Shown here one piece after another: positions 35,210 to 41,582 of a stretch of 41,582 bases of DNA. Source of the DNA: an uncultured bacterium (GTDB lineage: Bacteria; Caldisericota; Caldisericia; B22-G15); NCBI GenBank assembly GCA_965612865.1, contig CBFDTJ010000004.1:1-41582 (forward strand), written 5' to 3'. A program made the position numbers and the translations under genes. The notes under the pieces were generated by a model. That model had not been told where the DNA came from. It saw only the letters and a list, made by a program, of their open reading frames with translations, and made no database searches. Positions within the stretch are counted from its first letter, which is position 1, and the number at the start of each line of letters is the position of its first letter.

Positions 35210-35991
35210 TGGGATTAGTTTTGGATACATTTACAATATGCAAAAGGGAACTTATAAAATATTTTAGACAGAAACCAAGAATAATTGTAACAATGATACA
35301 ACCTGTTATCTGGCTTGCATTGATGGGAAACACCATGAGCAAGATAACCAATAACCCCTTTGCTTCTAAACTTTTTGGCACAGGCAATTACCTTTCCTTT
35401 ATGACCCCAGGAATTGTAATAATGACATCTCTATTCAGTGGTATCTTTGCAGGAACAAGTATAATCTGGGATAGAAGAATAGGATATCTGGACAAACTCC
35501 TTGCTGCTCCGATAAAGAGAGCATCCATTCCTTTTGGGAAGACACTTTCAGCTTCAATTCAGGGGGCACTCCAGTCTGCAATAATATTGCTTTTCGCGTA
35601 TATTCTTGGTGTTAGATTTGCTTCTGGATTTCTTGGTGTACTTGTGATAATTTTAATTTCCATGCTTTTCTCATTCATCTTCTCTGGAATATCTCTAATT
35701 CTTTCTTCAACCATTAAAACCATTGAGACACTTATGGCTATTATAAATTTTATGACTCTCCCATTAATGTTCTCAAGCACAGCTTTATTCCCGTCCAAAG
35801 CCATGCCGGACTGGTTATCAGTTATTGCAAAGATTAATCCACTTTCCTATGCTGTGAATCCTATAAGGACACTTACTATAAAGGGCTGGGAATTTTCATC
35901 GATCCTACCAGGTGTTATCATCATACTAATTTTTGATTTAATTGTAGCCTTTCTATCATACTATGTGTTTAAGCGTCTGACAAGTGATTAA
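35206..35991 (+). CDS. ABC-2 type transporter permease
   Basis: About six TM segments; FMTPGI, WDRRIGYLDKLLAAP, MPDWL..IAKINPLSY. Confidence 0.92.
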   Translation: MMGLVLDTFTICKRELIKYFRQKPRIIVTMIQPVIWLALMGNTMSKITNNPFASKLFGTGNYLSFMTPGIVIMTSLFSGIFAGTSIIWDRRIGYLDKLLAAPIKRASIPFGKTLSASIQGALQSAIILLFAYILGVRFASGFLGVLVIILISMLFSFIFSGISLILSSTIKTIETLMAIINFMTLPLMFSSTALFPSKAMPDWLSVIAKINPLSYAVNPIRTLTIKGWEFSSILPGVIIILIFDLIVAFLSYYVFKRLTSD

Positions 35992-36006
35992 TCTGTATGT
36001 TATAAT
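35977..36006 (+). promoter_or_regulatory. Candidate promoter of the osmC-glmM-glmS operon
   Basis: CTGACA (35977-35982), 18-bp spacer, TGtTATAAT (35998-36006). Confidence 0.6.
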
Positions 36007-36041
36007 TTATTAGGTAACCTGAAAAGAAAGGAGAGGAGTTT

Positions 36042-36461
36042 ATGCAGCATTTTGAGTTAACCTGGAATGGTGGAATGGAGTTTGTTGGAACAACACCATC
36101 AGGGCATAAAGTTCTTGTGGATTCAACACCAGATAAAGGTGGAGGAGATAAAGGTCCAAGACCGATGGAATTACTCATTGTTGGTTTGGCAGGATGCACT
36201 GCAATGGATGTAATTTTTATTTTGAGAAGAATGAGAGAGAAGGTTCAAGAATTTAAGGTTGAAATTGATACAGAGAGAGAGGAAAGTCATCCTAAGGTCT
36301 ATAAAAGTATACACATAAAGTATTTATTTAAAGGAGAAAATCTCTCAGAGAAAAATATAAAGAGAGCTATTGACCTTTCACAAGATGTATATTGTTCTGC
36401 CTCAGCAACATTTAAGAGAAGTGGAGCTACTGTCACCTACTCCTACGAAATTAAATCATGA
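36042..36461 (+). CDS. OsmC/YhfA-family protein
   Basis: GPRPMELL..GLAGCTAMD and YCSA conserved cysteines; SD AGGAGAGGAG. Confidence 0.9.
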   Translation: MQHFELTWNGGMEFVGTTPSGHKVLVDSTPDKGGGDKGPRPMELLIVGLAGCTAMDVIFILRRMREKVQEFKVEIDTEREESHPKVYKSIHIKYLFKGENLSEKNIKRAIDLSQDVYCSASATFKRSGATVTYSYEIKS

Positions 36462-37795
36462 AACACTTTGGAACCGATGGAATAAGGGGTATAGCAAATA
36501 AGGACTTAACCTCCGAACTTGCTCTAAAAGTTGGGAGAGCTGCTGGTCTATTCTTTGGTGGTGATGTAATTATTGCAAAGGATCCAAGACTTTCATCAGA
36601 TATGCTTGAGACAGCTCTTGTATCTGGAATTTTATCTACTGGGGTTAATGTTTATAGAATGGGAGTACTTCCAACTCCAGCAGTATCTCTTATTCTCTCT
36701 ACCAATGGAAAAAGCGGGGGAGCAATGATTTCTGCTTCCCATAATCCCATTGAGTATAATGGAATAAAATTCTTTTCAAAAGATGGGGTTAAACTTAAAG
36801 AATCCGAAGAGGAAGAAATTGAAAGATTAATGGAGGAGGAAAAACCACTTCCTGTTGGAAAAGGTGGAAGACTCTTTGATTTCACTAAAGCAAAAGAAAT
36901 TTATATTAATGAAATTCTTTCCATGAACAGGTTAAACCTCTCGGGTATTAAGATTGTAATTGACGCAGCATTTGGTGCAACAGCTACTGTAGTAGGTGAA
37001 ATATTCAATAAACTTAAGGCGGAAGTCTATCTATTCAACGGAGAGCCAGATGGAGAAAGAATAAATGTTAATTGTGGCTCAACAAATCCCAAATTTTTAT
37101 CAGAGAAATTATTGGAAATAGGCGCTGATGTTGGTTTTGCTTTTGATGGTGATGGTGACAGAGTTATAACCATTGATGAGGAAGGGAAGATTGTTGATGG
37201 GGACGAGACGATGTTTATTCTTTCGAGGTATCTTAATCTTAAGAGTATAGTAATTACTGTTATGAGTAATTACGGTTTGAGAGCTCTTCTCAAAAAATAC
37301 AATATATCTTTCTATGAGGTTCCTGTGGGTGACAGAAATGTTTTATATAAAATGCTTGAGACAAATTCCCCTCTTGGAGGAGAACAGTCTGGGCATATAA
37401 TATATCTTCCACAGAGTAAAACTGGAGATGGAATAATAACATCTCTTTTGATCTTATCAGTGATGTTAAGGGAGAATAAACCCCTATCTTTACTTACAGA
37501 AGAGTTTATTAGATTTCCACAGGTACTAAGAAATGTAGAGGTGGAGAATAAAGAGTTAGTTATGAAGGATGAGGAATTTTTAAAGGAGGTGATGCTATGG
37601 AATAAGAAATTAAATGGAAGAGGAAGAATTCTTGTTAGACCATCTGGTACAGAGAATTTAATTAGAATCATGGTAGAAGGAGAAAAAGAAGAGGAAACAG
37701 AGACTATCGCAAGTTTGCTTGAGGAGTCTCTAAAGAAGCGCCTGGCCCAGATGAATCTGGGTGACGAGGAAGGGGGTTACCCCTTTAAGGGGTGA
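36458..37795 (+). CDS. glmM: Phosphoglucosamine mutase
   Basis: FGTDGIRG, ISASHNP, FDGDGDR, GGEQSGH, VRPSGTE; directly upstream of glmS. Confidence 0.95.
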   Translation: MKHFGTDGIRGIANKDLTSELALKVGRAAGLFFGGDVIIAKDPRLSSDMLETALVSGILSTGVNVYRMGVLPTPAVSLILSTNGKSGGAMISASHNPIEYNGIKFFSKDGVKLKESEEEEIERLMEEEKPLPVGKGGRLFDFTKAKEIYINEILSMNRLNLSGIKIVIDAAFGATATVVGEIFNKLKAEVYLFNGEPDGERINVNCGSTNPKFLSEKLLEIGADVGFAFDGDGDRVITIDEEGKIVDGDETMFILSRYLNLKSIVITVMSNYGLRALLKKYNISFYEVPVGDRNVLYKMLETNSPLGGEQSGHIIYLPQSKTGDGIITSLLILSVMLRENKPLSLLTEEFIRFPQVLRNVEVENKELVMKDEEFLKEVMLWNKKLNGRGRILVRPSGTENLIRIMVEGEKEEETETIASLLEESLKKRLAQMNLGDEEGGYPFKG

Positions 37796-37896
37796 AAATC
37801 GAGCTATTCGGCGGATGCCCCCAGGGAGTGTGCCCTCCCTAAAGGTCTTCCTTAAAACCACGGGGTAACCTGTGGGACAAAGGGAAGGTCAGGCAC
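37736..37896 (+). ncRNA. glmS glucosamine-6-phosphate-activated ribozyme
   Basis: A|GCGCCTG cleavage motif (37737|37738); P1 GCCCAGA/TCTGGGT; GACGAGG; P2 GGGGG/CCCCC; ATCGAG..TTCGGCGGATGC core; P3 AGGGAG/CTCCCT; P3.1 pseudoknot GTGCC/GGCAC; P4 and P4.1 CCACGGG-GTAA-CCTGTGG with a GNRA loop; just upstream of glmS. Confidence 0.95.
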
Positions 37897-37910
37897 GAGG
37901 AGGAAAGTTT

Positions 37911-39734
37911 ATGTGTGGTATAGTGGGTTATATTGGAGATAGAGAAACTCTTCCCATAATTCTTGATAGTTTAAAAAGACTTGAATACAGAGGATATGAT
38001 TCCGCAGGAGTAGCCCTTCTTGGTGAAGATATCTATATAAAGAGAACTAAAGGAAGGATAAAAGATCTTGAGAAAAAAATTGATGGAACATACACGGTTA
38101 AGAATTTTTATCTTGGTGTAGGACATACAAGATGGGCAACACATGGAATTCCATCAGACTATAATGCACATCCTCATACTGATTGTAGTGGAGAAATTGT
38201 TGTTGTACATAATGGAATAATAGAAAATTTTGACGAGATAAAAAAGGAGCTCATGGAAAAGGGGCACAAGTTTACTTCTGAAACAGATACTGAGGTTGTT
38301 CCCCACCTCATAGAGGAATGCTATAACGGAGATTTACTGTCTTCGGTTATGGAAGCCGCAAGAAGACTTAAAGGTTCTTTTGCTCTTGCTATATTTTCAA
38401 AAAAAGAGCCAGACAAAATAATTGCTGTGAGGAAGGATTCTCCACTTATAATAGGTATAGGTGAGGATGGAAATTTTCTTGGTTCTGATATTCCCGCTCT
38501 GCTTCCATACACAAAGAAGGTCATAATTATGGAAGACGGAGAGGTGGCAGTCATTAAAAAAGAAGAAATAGATATATTTAATATTAATGGAGAAAAACTT
38601 ACCAAAGATATACTTGAAGTTTCATGGAGTCTCGAACAGTCAGAGAAAAAGGGTTATAAACACTTTATGCTTAAAGAAATAATGGAGGAAGGAGAGGTCT
38701 TAAAAGAAGCAATAAGAGGGAGAATTAGAAATGGAAGAGTCTTTCTTCCAGAAATAAGCGATCCCCACTTCTTTAACAATATTAAAAACATCTTTCTTGT
38801 TGCCTGCGGAACTGCTTATCATGCAGGAATGATAGGAAAGTATTTTCTTGAGGATATTCTTCACATTCCTGTTAGATGTGAGGTCGCTTCTGAATTCAGG
38901 TATGAAAACCCAAATGTTGGTAAGGATTCTCTGTTGATTCTTGTATCTCAGTCTGGAGAAACTGCTGATACAGTTGCATCCTTGAGGCTTGGTAAGAAAA
39001 AAGGAGCAAAAACTCTTGGAATTGTAAATGTTGTTGGTAGCACTGTGGCAAGGGAGTCTGATGAAGTTCTCTATATATATGCTGGACCAGAAATAGCTGT
39101 TGCTTCAACAAAGGCGTACGTTGCTCAAATCCTTGTGCTTTTACTTCTCTCAATATATATAGGTAAACTTCATGGAGCTATAAATCCTGATTTTGAGGAA
39201 ACACTTCTGAAGGATATCTTAAAAATAGGGAATCTTGCTGAAGATATTCTTGAAAGAGATGATGAGGCAAAAAAGATAGCAGAGAAGTTGGTAAATTTAA
39301 GAAGTGTATTTTACATAGGTCGACTTCTTGATTATCCTACTGCTCTTGAGGGAGCGCTAAAGTTAAAAGAAATCTCATATATTCATGCAGAGGGGTATCC
39401 AGCAGGAGAATTAAAACATGGTCCCCTTGCTCTCATTGAAAAAAGTGTTCCAACTTTCGCCATAACAACAGACGAAAGAATAGTAGAAAAGATGGTATCA
39501 AATATAAAGGAAGTTAAAGCAAGAGAAGGGAAAGTGTTTTCTATTTCCAGAGAAGACTTTGACGAGATAAGAGAGATTTCAGATGAGACAATTACTATTC
39601 CCAGAGTTCACAGATACCTTACGCCCATTCTTTCAGTTATACCACTACAACTTATTGCCTATTACACCGCAGATATGAGAGGATTAGATGTGGATAAACC
39701 AAGAAATCTTGCTAAATCGGTAACTGTGGAGTAG
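37911..39734 (+). CDS. glmS: Glutamine--fructose-6-phosphate aminotransferase
   Basis: MCGIVG N-terminal nucleophile start at 37911 after SD GAGGAGG; LEYRGYDSAG, GHTRWATHG, SQSGETAD, KPRNLAKSVTVE. Confidence 0.98.
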   Translation: MCGIVGYIGDRETLPIILDSLKRLEYRGYDSAGVALLGEDIYIKRTKGRIKDLEKKIDGTYTVKNFYLGVGHTRWATHGIPSDYNAHPHTDCSGEIVVVHNGIIENFDEIKKELMEKGHKFTSETDTEVVPHLIEECYNGDLLSSVMEAARRLKGSFALAIFSKKEPDKIIAVRKDSPLIIGIGEDGNFLGSDIPALLPYTKKVIIMEDGEVAVIKKEEIDIFNINGEKLTKDILEVSWSLEQSEKKGYKHFMLKEIMEEGEVLKEAIRGRIRNGRVFLPEISDPHFFNNIKNIFLVACGTAYHAGMIGKYFLEDILHIPVRCEVASEFRYENPNVGKDSLLILVSQSGETADTVASLRLGKKKGAKTLGIVNVVGSTVARESDEVLYIYAGPEIAVASTKAYVAQILVLLLLSIYIGKLHGAINPDFEETLLKDILKIGNLAEDILERDDEAKKIAEKLVNLRSVFYIGRLLDYPTALEGALKLKEISYIHAEGYPAGELKHGPLALIEKSVPTFAITTDERIVEKMVSNIKEVKAREGKVFSISREDFDEIREISDETITIPRVHRYLTPILSVIPLQLIAYYTADMRGLDVDKPRNLAKSVTVE

Positions 39735-39738
39735 AAAG

Positions 39739-40521
39739 ATGGAGATAGAGGCAGTTGTTCTTGGTGGACAGGATAAACTTGAAGATTGGGTTAAAGAGGA
39801 AGGAGTGCCTCACAAGGCACTCCTTGATATTGCTGGAAAAAGGATGATTGATTGGATAATAGATGCATTAAAGGATACGCCCCAGATAAAGAGGATTATA
39901 CTTATTGGGAAATCTGATATTTTCCCTGAGGATATTAGAAAAAGGGTGGATGTATTTTTGGAAGACAGTGGAAGTTTTATGAAAAATATTGAAAATGTTT
40001 ATAAGATTGCAAAGTATGAGTATTCTGTCTTTGTGCCTATAGATGTCCCATTGATTACTTCCCAGGTATACACAAAAACTTTTGAGTTTTGTGAGAATTT
40101 TGAAAAAGGGTGCTATCTATATGTTCTCGTTAATAGAAAGAGAGATGTGGAGAAGAAATTCCCAGGGACAAAGAGAACTTACTGGAAACTCAAAGGGGGG
40201 TATTACAAGATTGGAAATATTCTTCCCATAAGAAGAGAACTCTATCCCTCTGCCATAAATTTTGGGTATAAACTCCTTAAGGCAAGGAAATCTCCTATCA
40301 AAATGGCATCTCTGTTTCCAATATCTTTTATGATTAAAGCTCTATTTCATCTTGCAACATTGAAAGATTGTGAGGTTGTTGTGTGTGATATTACAGAGCT
40401 TAGGGGAAGAGCTGTTCCAATACCTTTTCCTGAAATTGCTATTGATGTGGACAAGAAAGAGGACTTAATCTTTGTAAGAAAGATAATGGAGAAATTAAAA
40501 GATGAGAGAACTACCCCTTGA
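39739..40521 (+). CDS. MobA-like NTP transferase family protein
   Basis: AVVLGG, KALLDIAGKRMI, DVPLI, IDVDKKEDL motifs of GT-A fold nucleotidyltransferases. Confidence 0.75.
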   Translation: MEIEAVVLGGQDKLEDWVKEEGVPHKALLDIAGKRMIDWIIDALKDTPQIKRIILIGKSDIFPEDIRKRVDVFLEDSGSFMKNIENVYKIAKYEYSVFVPIDVPLITSQVYTKTFEFCENFEKGCYLYVLVNRKRDVEKKFPGTKRTYWKLKGGYYKIGNILPIRRELYPSAINFGYKLLKARKSPIKMASLFPISFMIKALFHLATLKDCEVVVCDITELRGRAVPIPFPEIAIDVDKKEDLIFVRKIMEKLKDERTTP

Positions 40522-41422
40522 GTTAATGTTTAATGAGGAAGCTGAAATAGAAAAAATAACCAGATTTATAAAAAATCATCTTAATAAATTTGGAAGGAGT
40601 GGAGTTACATTGGGGGTGAGTGGAGGGGTGGATTCTGGTGTTGTATTGAAGTTACTTTTGAGATCTCTTCCTAAAGAAAAGATCTTTGCTTTAATTTTGC
40701 CAGACAGAGATACTGAAAAAAAGAGTGTTTCTCTTGCTCTCTCTTTACTAAAAGAGGAAGAAGTATCATACAAAATCATAAACATTTCTTCAATACTTTC
40801 AAAATTTGGAATTTATAGGAAACTACCCTATTGGTTGCTTCCCACAAGAAAGATGAGGGAGAATATTACGAGGAAGTTTTATAACGATTATACAAAGAGA
40901 TTTAAAAAATCTCCCTTCTTTCTTGGATTGAAGGTTCCTGAAGAGTTGTTAGAAGATAAGTGGTTTTTGAAAGGTATTGCATATCATAGAATAAAACATA
41001 GAATAAGGATGGTTACACTTTACTACTATGCAGAACTAAAGAACCTGCTTGTTGCAGGCACGTGTAACAAAACTGAAAAACTTCTCGGGTTCTTCGTAAA
41101 GTATGGGGATTCTGCAGTGGATTTAGATCCCATTGCCCATCTCTTTAAAACACAGGTCTTCAAACTTGCTGAAAGACTTGATGTACCAGATGAGATAATT
41201 AATAGACCACCGTCTCCAGATTTAATCCCGGGCATCACAGATGAATTCGCCATGGGTTTGTCATATGAGCTGGTTGATAGGATACTTGTAAGGCTCATAA
41301 ATGGGGAGGATCCAGCAGAAATAGCAAAAATTGTTAATCTCAATGTGGAAAAGGTCAAAATCTTAAAGGAGGCGATGGAAAATTCGCTACATATGAGATC
41401 TCTTCCACCTTCACTTACTTAA
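40502..41422 (+). CDS. nadE: NH3-dependent NAD+ synthetase
   Basis: GVSGGVDS PP-loop, KHRIRMVTLY, GTCNKTE, GFFVKYGD, LFKTQV, PSPDL, TDEFAMG; no glutaminase domain. Confidence 0.9.
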   Translation: MRELPLELMFNEEAEIEKITRFIKNHLNKFGRSGVTLGVSGGVDSGVVLKLLLRSLPKEKIFALILPDRDTEKKSVSLALSLLKEEEVSYKIINISSILSKFGIYRKLPYWLLPTRKMRENITRKFYNDYTKRFKKSPFFLGLKVPEELLEDKWFLKGIAYHRIKHRIRMVTLYYYAELKNLLVAGTCNKTEKLLGFFVKYGDSAVDLDPIAHLFKTQVFKLAERLDVPDEIINRPPSPDLIPGITDEFAMGLSYELVDRILVRLINGEDPAEIAKIVNLNVEKVKILKEAMENSLHMRSLPPSLT

Positions 41423-41514
41423 TCTTTTCTTTCAATATCTATTACAATCCCTTCCATTGTCCAGTAATCTGATTCTAAAGTGAGTGTTCCACCTATTTTA
41501 AAGTAATCTTTACC
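41419..41514 (-). CDS. 3' fragment of a convergent gene cut by the contig end
   Basis: Minus frame reads GKDYFKIGGTLTLESDYWTMEGIVIDIERKD-stop; the stop overlaps the nadE stop at TTAA, as at 27898-27901. Confidence 0.5.
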   Translation of the reverse strand, partial: GKDYFKIGGTLTLESDYWTMEGIVIDIERKD

Positions 41515-41582
41515 CTGTCTCTTATACACATCTCCGAGCCCACGAGACTAGGCATGATCTCGTATGCCGTCTTCTGCTTGAA
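41515..41582 (+). other. Illumina Nextera adapter read-through (technical artefact)
   Basis: CTGTCTCTTATACACATCT (Tn5 mosaic end, 41515-41533), CCGAGCCCACGAGAC, 8-nt index TAGGCATG (41549-41556), ATCTCGTATGCCGTCTTCTGCTTG (P7 reverse complement). Confidence 0.99.

Noticed and set aside
37872..37910. N-terminal extension of GlmS in the ORF track
   Set aside because: GlmS needs Cys at position 2; the extension is ribozyme P4 sequence plus the SD.
1150..41358. Numerous 60-150 aa antisense or alternate-frame ORFs in the track
   Set aside because: They are nested in well-supported genes and show the Ser/Phe/Leu/Ile bias expected from the reverse complement of purine-rich coding DNA, with no recognisable motifs.
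41515..41533. Tn5/IS50-like end suggesting a transposon
   Set aside because: It is the synthetic mosaic end followed by Illumina index and P7 sequence; no transposase is present.

Overview
Low-GC, very gene-dense bacterial chromosomal segment, probably a metagenomic contig end. The Glu/Lys-rich proteome and a giant secreted protein with a C-terminal 'stalk' (copper-amine-oxidase N-terminal-like) domain suggest a thermophilic anaerobe, possibly Caldisericota (inference only). Gene order: multi-BON protein (5' truncated), argS, gatB, dnaE, PPi-type pfk, sensor kinase, NtrC-family sigma54 activator, a ~2855-aa surface protein, DUF429, tRNA-Ser(GCT), tRNA-Arg(ACG), uvrA, then DUF763, MgtC-ACT and DUF2179 on the minus strand, small conserved genes, aspartate racemase plus a GltPh-like symporter, esterase, pyrG, rluD, lspA, a TetR-ABC exporter, osmC-like, glmM, glmS ribozyme, glmS, an NTP transferase and nadE. 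The last 68 nt are an untrimmed Illumina Nextera adapter. Highlights: (1) the glmS ribozyme cleavage site lies inside the glmM reading frame, and an extra hairpin in the ribozyme core supplies the glmM stop codon; (2) the giant protein carries ~13 acidic Ca-binding-like repeats in two arrays, each inserted into the same loop of consecutive Ig-like domains while a third copy is empty; (3) extended -10 promoters recur 5-7 nt before ATGs, indicating leaderless mRNAs; (4) uvrA starts 5 nt after a tRNA CCA end with no Shine-Dalgarno. No CRISPR array, prophage or IS element was seen. All family assignments come from motif recognition by eye, not database searches.
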